Source: Octopus sinensis (Eukaryota). Taken from it: DNA of 64,000 bases. Positions within the stretch are counted from its first letter, which is position 1. Every line of letters begins with the position of its first letter. Under the pieces are notes generated by a model, which did no database searches, was not told the origin of the DNA, and saw nothing but the letters and a program-made list of their open reading frames with translations. The position numbers and the translations under genes are program-made. The stretch lies in NCBI RefSeq assembly GCF_006345805.1, contig NC_043004.1, forward strand, positions 32,364,001 through 32,428,000. Reading direction: 5' to 3'. Below, piece by piece: positions 1 through 13,219 of the stretch.

Positions 1-8
1 AGTCAGGC

Positions 9-900
9 TTGGTAGAGTACATAGTTCTTCTCCAATCAAGACCATTCACAACAGGAGTTGAATTCTACACAACACTTAAGAAAACACTTGTCAGTTTTAC
101 AGTGTACAAAGAATGGCTTTATGCATCACATGACCCTCACACTTTTCTGCTTCTCAAACTGCAGCCAATATTTTCGGTTCCTAACCAAAAGAATTGTTAC
201 CAATTTTGTGGAGTCCTCTTTTACTTCTCTTCTAAACAATGGCAGCTCCATAAGCAATACCCCCATGCAAAAAGCTTCCACCTTCACTACATCCAACTGC
301 TCACCACACATCCTTGGTTAGTCCCCTCCAAATCTACCTTTTCTACTTCACCATGCTCTCACAAACAAGAGCAGAAATACACTCAGTTGCCTCAAACAAA
401 CAAGTTACCAGCTCTTTCAATATCCCTTTCATTACATTCAATCACTGGACCCACACTCACTGACATTTTAATCTCTCACTCCCTACAGGGGTGAGACAAT
501 ATATCCTGACAACTGGAAGTGGGCATCAGTGTATCCCATTCCAAAGAAAGACAACCTTTCCAACCAAGGCAGCTATCTTCATATAACTCTCACCTGTAAC
601 ATCTCTAAGGTGATGGAGACAGCCATTAGCAATGACTTTCTCCAACATCTTGGATCTCTTCCTCCTTAGTAAACAGAGCAGTTTCCACAGAACCAGAGCC
701 ATTACAGGCCTACTTTCTTATGTCATTCACCAGTTCAGTGAAAGCAGTGATGTGGCTGTAGACATAAGCAAAGCCTTCTACCGTGTCTGGCATGCAAATC
801 TATTCATATTTCTCACCTATAAGCTCTACCTTTTTCTCAGATCTTGTATCAGAAGTTTCCAATTTGAGTGCCTTATGCAGATTATATGGTCCTTCATTCT
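9..900 (+). mobile_element. Degenerate CR1/Jockey-like LINE ORF2 (RT) fragment
   Basis: NWKWASVYPIPKK...LTCNISKVME and AVDISKAFYRVWH motifs, with stops and frameshifts. Confidence 0.8.
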
Positions 901-1599
901 TTCCTAAGATTCCTTGGCCATTCATCATTCACATGCAGCCAAACTTGTAATGATTCCATAAATGGAGGCCTTGAAGGATGAGGGATGGTAAAATGAGAGG
1001 ATGGGGGAGTAAGGTAGGGAACAGGGATGAGGGGAAGGGATTAGTAATAGGGTTGATAAAAAGGGAGAGATAGAGTTGGAAAGGTTATAGGGTGGGTTGT
1101 ATGAGGTAAGGGACTCTAGGGCTATCCAACATTATACAGATTGGGTATGGATAGAAGGTGCAAAGAGAAGGACACAGGAAGGGAGCAATAGACTTGAGTG
1201 GAGAGCAATCCTGAATGAGTTACTGAAAGAAAGAGAGGTATAGGGTGGTTGGAGATGAAGGTCAGAGAGGAAGAGCAGTAAAAGAAAAGGAGGCACAAGG
1301 ATAGGGGTAAGAACTAGATACTGGATGGTATAATAGAGGTAGGAGGGAGAAGATCAGGATGTGAAAACTGTGAAAGCATTCTAGATGGTGAGGCAGTGGG
1401 GAGGATGTACAAAGAGAGGTGGAGGAAAATTGTAGGTGGTGAAGCAAGAGAAAGAAAGGCTAGCAGTCACCTTAAAGGTGTAAAAGTGGGGAAAGAGATA
1501 AAGATAAGGCAAGGTTTTGATAGACAATAGAGGTAACTCAGAAGAGAGTGTGGTGTGAGTGATAAAGATATAGAAATATTGTAGGGAAGATGTAAGGTG

Positions 1600-1980
1600 A
1601 GAGTAGTATGTAAGAAGCTTGTTTCACAACCATATGGTTCCAGGTTCAATCCCACCTCATAATACTTTGTGCAAGTGTCTTCTGCTACAGCCTCTGCGAG
1701 TGGATTTGGTAAATGGAAACTGAAAGCAGTGTGTGTGTGTGTGTGCGTGTGTGTATGTAACTTTGTGTTTGTGTTTGTCACCCCACCCACCACCACTTAA
1801 CAACTGGTGTTGGTGTGTTTATGTCCCTGTATTTTAGCAGTTTGGCAAAAGAGCCTGATAGAATAAGTATCAAGCTTTAAAATAATAAGTACTGAGATTG
1901 ATTCATTTGGCTAAAAATTCTTTGAGGTGGTGCCCCAGCATGGCCACAGTCTAATGACTGAAACAAGTAAAAGGTAAAAA
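1600..1980 (+). mobile_element. tRNA-derived SINE family A (head, internal GT microsatellite, tail ending tgactgaaacaagtaaaag)
   Basis: Box B-like ggttcaatccc; tail shared with copies at 16681, 32450, 47155, 49165, 56755 and 63095. Confidence 0.75.
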
Positions 1981-1989
1981 ATATATATA

Positions 1990-2480
1990 TATATGTGCAC
2001 ACATGCACACACATATATGCAACGTATACACACACACACATACTACACACACACACACACTACACACAGACACACACACTATACACACACACTACACACA
2101 CACACTACACACACACACACACTACACACACACACACTACACACACACAAACACACGCACACACACACTACACACTACACACACACACTACACACACACA
2201 CTACACACACACACAAACACACACACACATGCACACACACACACACGCACACACACATACATACACACACTACACACACACACACACACTACACACACAC
2301 ACACTACACACACACACACACTACACACACACAAACACACGCACACACACACTACACACTACACACACACACTACACACACACACTACACACACACACAA
2401 ACACACACACACATGCACACACACACACACGCACACACACATACATACACACACTACACACACACACACACACACACATA
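1990..2480. repeat. Compound (CA)n / CTACACACA microsatellite
   Basis: About 490 bp of CA-based units; explains the His/Thr ORFs. Confidence 0.95.
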
Positions 2481-2521
2481 TTACATTTCTGTGTTTATTG
2501 TTTTGTTGTGTTTTCCTACAG

Positions 2522-2784
2522 GATCGAGCGCTTGCTATGGGAAGCTTGGTTGTTTGAGCACTGATGGTTTTTTCAGCATATGGAGACCCATCAACTTCCT
2601 TCCACAGTCTCGAAAAGATGTCAATACCCAGTTCCGATTGTATACCAGACTGAACAAGGCGGAAGATACATTAGTTCGTGCTGATTTTCCTCTCACGTTG
2701 ACTGTGTCTCATTTCAATGATAGCAAACCGACAAAGTTCCTTGTACATGGTTTTACAGACAATGGTTTCAAACCCTGGCTGCTG
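2522..2784 (+). CDS. Lipase exon: (G)[17 protein letters not shown]...[20 protein letters not shown]
   Basis: Acceptor ttttcctacag, donor gtaggt; CY..LGC N-terminus and HGF oxyanion loop. Confidence 0.93.
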
Positions 2785-3064
2785 GTAGGTTACCCCTCTT
2801 AACACAGGAGACACTTCACATTAATGCATCACCTGTTCTAATTGTTAACCCTTATAAGATGAGTGAGCTAATCCATTAATCCATCTATTTCCTGCTGTTA
2901 AGACAGACCAATCTTTTAAAAATACCAATCAAATCAATCTTGTGTGTGTGTGTGTGTGTGTGTGTACATACATATACACACACCCTCACACACACACATA
3001 TACACACATACATATATACATACATATACATACATATATATATATATGTATGTATATATATGTA

Positions 3065-3103
<39 letters not shown>

Positions 3104-5397
3104 GTTTAGATATGTACAGGTATGTACATATATATATATGTAATGTGTGTGTGTGTGACATTAGTTTTCTTTAGAATGTTTGAAACAAATTTTATTGAGT
3201 ATGTGTGGGATTTTTCCCTTCAGTATTTAACATTTCAAATAATTAAAACTTATTCTTCATAAATTATAATCGATATACATCAATTCACTCATTTTTTTCC
3301 CCGCAGCATATGAAGGATGAATTTCTAAAGTATGGAGACTTGAACGTGTTCATAGTTGATTGGGGCAGTGGCTCAAAGCCACCATATGTTCAGGCAACTG
3401 GAAATACTCGGCTGGTCGGTGCTGAAATTGCTTATCTTGTTAAATTTTTAGAGGTTTGTCATATGATTTTTGTCCTTCTTTGTCACTTATGAGACTTGTC
3501 TGTTTATTTGTTGTTATTTTTTACAGGTTTTTACTTGTTGTTTTGTCTTTCTGTGTTTTTTATTTCTCTATCTATCTTATTATAAATATTTATCAATTTT
3601 TGTGAAAGAGGGAGATTTAGGAAGCCATGAGTTGAAGTACTTGAAGGTTGAATACAAAACACTGAACCTTACAAAGTAGTTGACAGAGGACTGAGAGATG
3701 CAGAGCATAGCTGTACTTGAGAAGACCTGCCCAACAAAACAGAACCGATCTTAAGACTAAGGTGCCATGTAAAAAGCATTGGTGTGGGTGTTGGTGTCAT
3801 GTAAGAAGTACTGGTGATGGAGTCAAGTAAAAAGTACCCAGTACACTCTGTGAAGTGGTTTGTGTTAGAAAGGACATCCAGATGTAGAAACCAAGCCAAA
3901 ACAGACCATGGAACCTGGTGTAGCCCCTGGCCTTGCCATTTTTGAGAAGCTGTCCAACACACACACACATGTATATGTATGCATGTATGCATGTATGTAT
4001 GTATGTATGTATGTATGTATGTATGTATGTATGTATGTATGTATGTATGTATGTAGATCTATATATATATATATATATATATATATTGTATATATATACA
4101 TATATGTATATATATTAAAAATGAGGATGGTCAGTTTATGGCATTACCTTAGGTTTCCTGTCCATAAAGGGACTAACTTTATGGCATATTGTCAGATCCC
4201 AAAACCTGTTGGCCCAAGACCTCTTAAAGATATGGAGTGGAACTGTAAAATCTGTAAAACTTTCCAGAAGTTTATCATTTAAATATATATCAGCATGTCT
4301 AGATATGTAACTATATGCATGAAAATTCATACATAAAACATAAAAATCTGCACATACATACATACATACATAGGAGCAGCACTCCGTCGGTTACGATGAC
4401 GAGGGTCCCAGCTGATACGATCAACAGAACAGCCTGCTCGTGAAATTAACGTGCAAGTGGCTGAGCACTCCACAGACACGTGTACCCTTAACGTAGTTCT
4501 CAGGGAGATTCAGCATGACACAGTGTGACAAGGCTAGCCCTTTGAAATACAGGTACAACTCATTTTTGCCAGCTGAGTGGACTGGAGCAACATGAAATAA
4601 AGTGTCTTGCTCAAGGACACAACGCGTCGCTTGGAATCGAGCTCACGACCTTACAATCGTGAGCTGAATGCCCTAACCACTAAGCCACACACCTTCACTA
4701 CATACATACATACATAAAAACAAACAAACAAACAAAAATACCCTGTTGTTGATGTTGAAATTCCAATGAAGGAACCTTGGATCTAGGTTAGAAACAGGTT
4801 CTTTCTCTATTGGCAAGAAATCTTGAAATAAACTGAATAATGACTGACATACATATATTCTTTTCCTTTTTCTTTTTCAGAAGACTACAAAATTCAAAAG
4901 AGCTGATGCCCACGTTATTGGGCACAGCTTGGGTTCTCATATTGCTGGCTATGCAGGGGCTAGACTTCCTGGACTGGGACGCATAACAGGTCAGTATCTG
5001 CTGGTGATGGTGCTGATAGTGACAGTGAGTCTCATGAGGTACTACAGATAGTGTGGTGGTGGTAATTAAATATTTATCAGTGGTATTATTGATGATGGTA
5101 ATATTAATTCTAGTAGGTTGGCTGTGAGCTGGCAGAATTGTTATAGCATGCCTGGTAAAATGCTTAGCAGTGCTTTGTCTGCGTCTATGCTCTAAGTTCA
5201 AATTCCACTGAGGTCAACTTTGCCTTTCATCCCTTTATGGTTGATGAAGTAAGTACCAGTTGAGCACTGAGGTCGATGTAATCAACTTAGCCCCTCCCTC
5301 GAAATTACTGGCCTTGTGCCAGAATTTGAAATCAGTATTAATACTAGTGGTTCCACTAACTTACACTGTTTTGGCTCCAAAAAAACAATTAATACAT

Positions 5398-5429
<32 letters not shown>

Positions 5430-6349
5430 TGTATGTATGTATGTATGTATGTATGTACGTACGTACGTACATACGTATGTATGTATGTATGTATGTATGT
5501 ACGTATGTACATATGTACGTATGTATGTATGTATGTATGTATGTACGTATGTACGTACGTATGTATGTATGTACGTATGTACGTATGTATGTATATGTAT
5601 GCACGCATGCATGCATGCATGTATGTATGTATGTATGTATGTATTTATGTATGTACGTACGTATGTACGTACGTATGTATGTATGTATGCATGTATGTAT
5701 GTATGTATGTATGTATGCATGCATGCATGCATGCATGCATGTATGTATGTATGTATGTATGTACGTATGTACATATGTACGAATGTACGTATGTACATAT
5801 GTATGTATGTATGTATGTACGTATGTATGTACGTATGTACGTATGTATGTATGTATGTATGTATGTGTGCATGCATGCATGCATGCATACATACATAGAT
5901 GAAATGCATGAAAGCATGAATGCATGCATGCATGTATGTATATATGTATATATGTATGTATGCATGTATGCATATATATATATTTGTATATATTTATAAA
6001 TGTAGATATTCGTATATTAATTAATGTACTGAGGCAGTGTGTCTATGAATAAATTTGTAAATGATGTATATGTCTTGACAGGTCTAACGACTATCATATC
6101 TAATTGAAGTTTATTGACCACTATCACTGTTGTTATTCATTCTTGTTTTCCCCCAGGTCTTGACCCTGCTGGACCCTATTTTGAAGGAACTCCTAAAATG
6201 GTAAGGCTGGACTCTTCAGATGCTACTTTTGTGGACACAATTCACAGTGATGCACGGAACATTTTACGTTTAGGTAAGAAGTACTTTTCTTTGAGGCACC
6301 TACATCACCATCATACACACATGCACATGCACACACACACACACACACA

Positions 6350-6396
<47 letters not shown>

Positions 6397-7105
6397 CCAC
6401 ACACCCACACACACCCACACACACACATGCACACTCACACATGCATGCAGACATACACATACTGAGACACTAACTCACAAGCACCGCTTGCTTGACTTAT
6501 AATAAATAATAGCCAAATCAACCTCATATCATATCCTTATTTATTAAAATTCATCATGGCACTCCATTGGTTACAACGACGAGGGTTCCAGTTGATCCGA
6601 CCAACGGAACAGCCTGTTCCGTGCAATTAATGTGCAAGTGGCAGAGCACTCCACAGATACGTGTACCCTTAACGTAGTTCTCGGGGAGATTCAGCGTGAC
6701 ACAGAGTGTGACAAGGCTGGTCCTTTGAAATACAGGTACAACAGAAACAGGAAGAAAGAGTGAGAGAAAGTTGTCATGAAAGAATACAACAGGGTTCACC
6801 ACCACCCCCTGTCAGAGCCTCGTGGAGCCTTAGGTGTTTTTGCTCAATAAACACTCACAACGCTTGGTCTGGGAATCAAAACCGTGATCCTGACTGCGAG
6901 TCCACTGCCCTAACTGGGCCTTTGCACTTCCACTGTTATAAATAAGATTCATTATATCTGAGGAAACAAATGTGATGGTCACAGTTTGAGTGTCTTTGAT
7001 CATAGATCTGCTTGATTAAAGATGGCCTGGATTTAAACAGCACCACAATCACCACCATCACCACTAATAAAACACACACACACACACACAATCACACACA
7101 CACAA

Positions 7106-7153
<48 letters not shown>

Positions 7154-7755
7154 TTGGTTTACATTTCCCATTTTTTAGACACAGGGGATTTTAAATAGGT
7201 AACTTAAATATTAAAATACCTTCTGAATTTAAAAGAAGTAAATTATTGTCTCTGTGATCATAAAATCAAATCTCAGTTCTTCTAAAGCTCTTGGCTTTTA
7301 CTATTTTCAAATTGTATTCAGAGTGTATTTTATATCATAATATATGTAAGAATTAGCACTTCCTTCTCAAAGCTTGGATTCGAAATCAGACCCAAGAATC
7401 ATTGGTCGTAAAATACCAATGCACAAAAAGGCGCGAAATCAGAATCTCTTTGTTCTGACAAAAAATGATGGATCGTCTCCCTTCGACCTCTGACCCGAGC
7501 AGGTCAGGCGAAGTTTAACAGGACGACCAGCGACCTACTGTACGCAATAACACTCTTGCGGTATATCTATTTTTCTGGCTATTTGAGATGTTATAAATAG
7601 AATGGAGAAATAGGTATCTAGAGAGAACCCGAACCAACGTTTAAGAGAACGCCACGCATTTATGAGGACGACGAAAGAATAATCAGAAAGGTGACTCTGT
7701 CATGCATGATTTACACACACACACACACACACACCACACAATCACACACACACAA

Positions 7756-7788
<33 letters not shown>

Positions 7789-10700
7789 ACACACACACAC
7801 ACATATTTGGTTTACATTTCCCATTTTTTAGACACAGGGGATTTTAAATAGGTAACTTAAATATTAAAATACCTTCTGAATTTAAAAGAAGTAAATTATT
7901 GTCTCTGTGATCATAAAATCAAATCTCAGTTCTTCTAAAGCTCTTGGCTTTTACTATTTTCAAATTGTATTCAGAGTGTATTTTATATCATAATATATGT
8001 AAGAATTAGCACTTCCTTCTCAAGCTTGGATTCGAAATCAGACCCAAGAATCATTGGTCGTAAAATACCAATGCACAAAAAGGCGCGAAATCAGAATCTC
8101 TTTGTTCTGACAAAAAATGATGGATCGTCTCCCTTCGACCTCTGACCCGAGCAGGTCAGGCGAAGTTTAACAGGACGACCAGCGACCTACTGTACGCAAT
8201 AACACTCTTGCGGTATATCTATTTTTCTGGCTATTTGAGATGTTATAAATAGAATGGAGAAATAGGTATCTAGAGAGAACCCGAACCAACGTTTAAGAGA
8301 ACGCCACGCATTTATGAGGACGACGAAAGAATAATCAGAAAGGTGACTCTGTCATGCATGATTTACACACACACACACACACACACCATCAAATATATTC
8401 TGCTTTAATGTGTATCCTGTATTATGCATTCCTTTAATATGTATTATTTGCAACCACTATTTAATATGCATTTTGTACAAGCGATGTGTAACATTGCTTA
8501 CAAATTGATGTAGTGATAATAAATCTTTAATTTATTACAAAGCACTTATGTATTTATTAATACATCCACGCATCCACTACATATACCTCAGATATATATT
8601 TCAGCATTACCAATGTTTCTGACATTGTGATCAGTGTTATTATCATCATCATTATCCGTAGCAAAGGTGATGTCAACATGTTCATGTGAGCGTCATCATC
8701 ATCAACCTCCTCCTCCTCCCCCTCCTCCTAGAGCATCAGCTCTAGAGAGGTTGTTGAACCCCCAGTAACTCTGAAAAGACCTTTTAACTCTGTGTTGTCC
8801 CCACTCATTCACCAACAACTTTATAGAATGTTTTGGGTGCATTTTGACATAACACCAGCACCAGAAAGAATATTTGCCATACAGGTACAACACCAACTTT
8901 TCAAACACTGACGACCGGGAACCTCTTATAATCACATTTCAGGAACTTCAAATTCCCACGGCCACCAAACTGGTTTACTGGTATCTTGCACAGAGTAGTA
9001 CATTGCACAGTACAGTATTAATAAACTGTATATGTACAGTATCAATAAACTGTATATATATGTTTACTCATTCTGAGTTCAAATTCTGCCATGGTCGACT
9101 TAGCCTTTCATCCTTTCGGAGTTGATAAATTAAGTACCAGTTGTGTACTGGGGTTGATCTAATTGACTGGCACCCTATCCCCCAAAATTTCGGGCCTTGT
9201 GCCGAGAGTAGAAAAGAATATATATGTTTACTATAATATAGTGTACTGTTAACATGTCATCTTATCATATAGCGCAAGCATTATATAATCTCTAACTGAC
9301 TAACAAAGAACTGAGACATCAAATGTGCTATTTGACAATATTGTAAGCTGTAAATATTTCATATTTTTATAGTTTTCTGTAATCATTTAGATGCAGCACG
9401 AAGTTTTGTCAGTGAACAGGTCGTGGTCTCAAAGCGACGAAAATATTTTGACAAATTAAATTTAAATGTTGAAGTGAATCTAATGGTTTTTGTGTGTTTC
9501 TTAAATAGCTTTATAAACACCTTCCATGCTGCAATTGTAATCATTTAATATTTTAGTAAGTGGCAAACGTTTTATAAATGATTATGTAGTTTACTGTACA
9601 AATACCATGTCTTTCAGGTTTTGGTATGGATGATGCTTGTGGCCATGTAGATTATTATCCAAATGGAGGAAATCATCAGCCAGGTTGTAGCAAAGATCCT
9701 GTTACATTTCTTGTCACTAATGGAATTGAGGGAGGTAAGTAAACTTTAATTTTTATTTGGTGAGCGGTGGAAAACCAAGTGGATTGGGGGCACCCAAAGA
9801 GTAGACTCCATTATAGTAGTGATATAAAAAACAAAGAGAGGAGACGGTATGCCTGTGGACCAAAGACTGGAGCAGGTCCATTAGTAACTGAACAGCAATT
9901 AGTTGAGAGGCTCTTCTCTGGGTATTGTTCAGGATATATGTGTGTGTAGTAGGGAGTAATAGATGTGGGGGCAGTACTCTGCTGTGGGCCTCACTTAGCT
10001 TTGTAGAGTGTCAGAAGTTGTTGGGGCTGAAGTATTTTCCAATTCTGAAGAGAAAGGCCATTCTCACTCCACTAAGGATATACTTCTACTTGGAGAGATC
10101 CTTGGGAATGCTGTGGCCTAGCATTTGGTGTAGCTGTGTGTCCTCAAGCTGCGTGCTGCTCATGTTTAGTGGTGCTGCAGTGTGGTGGTGTTTTCATGAC
10201 AGGTGTATCACTTCAGTTTTTTTGGAGTTTTTTTTGTTAAAAAAGCCAAAGTTGATATGGATCAACTGAAGAATTCTCTCAAGGTCTCTGTTTATGGAAT
10301 CAATGCAGGTTTGGCATTTGTGTTTATGCTGCATGTGGATGATGTATGGTTGGAGTGAGTTAAGAAGGAATGAAAGGTCGTGTCATCTGCATTAGAGTAA
10401 GTGTTGTTGGATGTAGTGGTGTGTAAGTAATTGACATATCGAAGGAAGAGACTAGGGAACAGAGCTGATCCCTGATGCCCACCAGAGTTGACTGAGTGTA
10501 AGACAAAAAGAACTCTGTCAACACATGCCATGATGGTATGATCAGACAGAAAGCTACTGATTCAAGAGCTAAAAGATAGGTGCAGTGTGTAATTGGGAAG
10601 TCTTATTATATTTATGCCAGAAATAACCAAAAACTTTGCTGATGTCTACAGGAACAACACTGCTTCCACTGAATTTCTCTGATATGTATTTTTGATTGTT

Positions 10701-13177
10701 TTTATGGCTGTTTTTTTCCTTTACTATTTTTGTAGGTTTGACCAAATTTGTGGCCTGTGACCATATGAGGGCTGTCCATTACTTTAGTGAATCTATCAAC
10801 AGTAAATGTGGTTTTCTCAGCTTCAAATGTAACACCTATGAAGATTTTCAGGTTTGTTTCAAGCATGTTTGGGTGTGTTCGATACATTTTTATATAAATG
10901 TTGATATAAATTCAATGCAAGTTTGGTGCATGTTTGGTGCATGTTTGATACAAGTTTGCTATAGTCTTGACGCATATTTAAAGCATGTTTCATGCATGCT
11001 TAATAAAAATTTATTGTAAAATACTCAAAAAGACTGAAGGTGCTTTTGCATCTCTCAAAATGACCATTGCCAGCCAGCTATCTGTTTAAAGTTATGTATG
11101 GTTATGGTACATTAACAATTACAGCATCTCCAGTCTGAGATCCCATCTTGTTTGGAATTTCAATCTACTGGAAGATGTCCAGAGACGTGCAACCAGACAA
11201 TTACCTACCATAAGTTACTCACCATATTTTTAACATCTCGTGTAGGTGAGTTGACAGAAATCCACAAGATTATCTACCCTCTTTCCAATAACAACTTTAA
11301 CCACCTTTTTGAATTCAATAGTTCTACTACGCATGGATGCACTTATAAAATCAAAAACCAGAACCGCACCCATACTCCCCAAAACATTTATCATGCTTAG
11401 AATTGTTGAAGCATGGTTGTCAGCTATTAAGACACTATATTCTTCAAAAATTCTATGCATCCTGAAATTCAGTAACACCACTCCTGACATGTCTTTCTAC
11501 CCTTTCCTCTTTATGGCTCTTTTACTGTTTAGTTTTTTGTGCTTTATCCTGTGTAACGTGCATGTATTTTTGGTTATCATTGCTGTCTTTCATTACTTGG
11601 CTTATATGTCTGTTTTTCCTCCTCTCTTTTACTCTTTTCTGACAAGTTGTAGTGCACCCGAGTATAGTACACAATAAGCTGATTATTTTATTTGAGAGAA
11701 TGTCAGCACAAGTTTCATATACATTTAATACATGCATGATACATTTTGAATCATGCTTCATACAAGCTTAATATATATATATGATGCATGTGAGCTGGCA
11801 GAAACGTTAGCACGCTGGGCGAAATGCGTAGCCGTATTTCGTCTGCCGCTACGTTCTGAGTTCAAATTCCGCCAGGGTCGACTTTGCCTTTCATCCTTTC
11901 GGGGTCGATAAATTAAGTACCATTTACGCACTGGGGTCGATGTTATCGACTTAATTCGTTTGTCTGTCCTTGTTTGTCCCCTCTGTGTTTAGCCCCTTGT
12001 GAGTAGTAAAGAAACATATATATATGATGCATGTGTAGTGAGTCAGGAGAGCTATTTTTGTTGTTGCATAATAGTACAGCTGTGCTATGGTATATGCCAG
12101 CCAATCAGGGCTTGGTGCATACGAATTCTAGAGGCAGTTCTCTGTCCATGAAGAGAAGCAGGAGTTTTAAGCAATTGGTGAAAAGATGGTGGGCTAACAA
12201 CATCTCTTGGTTTTCTCCCATCAGCTTTGTGCAGCTAACTCTGAGTTATATCGGCTCTTGACTTGTCACCTCTTGAACAGCCTATTTCATTTAAGCTAAC
12301 TTCGCTCTGCGAAATTCTGGATGACATCAGCCACAACTCTGTCTCATAATGAACTGTAAAGTTTCGTTTAAGCTAGCTCCATTCCTATTAGCTTCTAACG
12401 ATTTCCAACTGAATCTATTGTTCAAACATAACTTGTAATGCTTTCTCTAACTCACACACATACAAGCTACACTCTTTTTACTTGTTAGCTCTTGTAATAA
12501 TTTAATCAATTAAATTATTTGTTTAAAAACTGTCTTCCATTACACATGCTTCTCAAAAGCGCATTTACTGAACTTTTCCATGATCGCTTTCATTTTTTTA
12601 AATTAGTGACCACTCTCACTAAACATGTTTAATTAATCTTCTTTTTTTTTTACTGCCTTACTTTAAGGAAGAAAGATAGCACCCCTAATCTTTCTCACAG
12701 CCTCCAAAGAGGCAGGAAATGACAGAAGAAACAAACCTCATTAAATAACCTCAAACCAGCAAACTGGTCTGAATATTTGAAGTAGAGTAGGCTCTGTTAA
12801 AGACACCCTACAACCCAGGTAGTTAAATTGAACAGATTAAGTCTACCATCTATGAACAGGTACAAACCTCAAACTGACCATTCCTGTTAACTGATTCCAC
12901 TCAGAATGTAGAAGATCGTCCAGAATATCATACATTGATACTAAACTCAGATCCATTGTGGTCGCAAACTAAATTTCTCAGCTGTACGACCAAACCTGCA
13001 CCCATTAGTTCCCATCAGTCACAGAGACCCTACAAAATTGTCAGGGACACTGTCCTTCCTCTACCTCAGACTGAACCATAAATATTTTTTCAATGTGTAT
13101 GCCTTTTATTTTGTTTCAAATACTTGTCATTGAGAGCAGCTGACGTTTCTTGCTTTTCTCTTTACCCCTCCTCCCAT

Positions 13178-13219
<42 letters not shown>

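Noticed and set aside
900-1990. Search for the lipase signal-peptide exon
   Set aside because: No ATG plus hydrophobic stretch with a phase-1 donor; the region is purine-rich decayed repeat and SINE
1993-2564. Long His/Thr-rich ORFs
   Set aside because: Translation of the (CA)n microsatellite; only 2522-2784 is a real exon
5260-5999. Long YVCM/HTYI ORFs on both strands
   Set aside because: (TATG)n microsatellite artefacts
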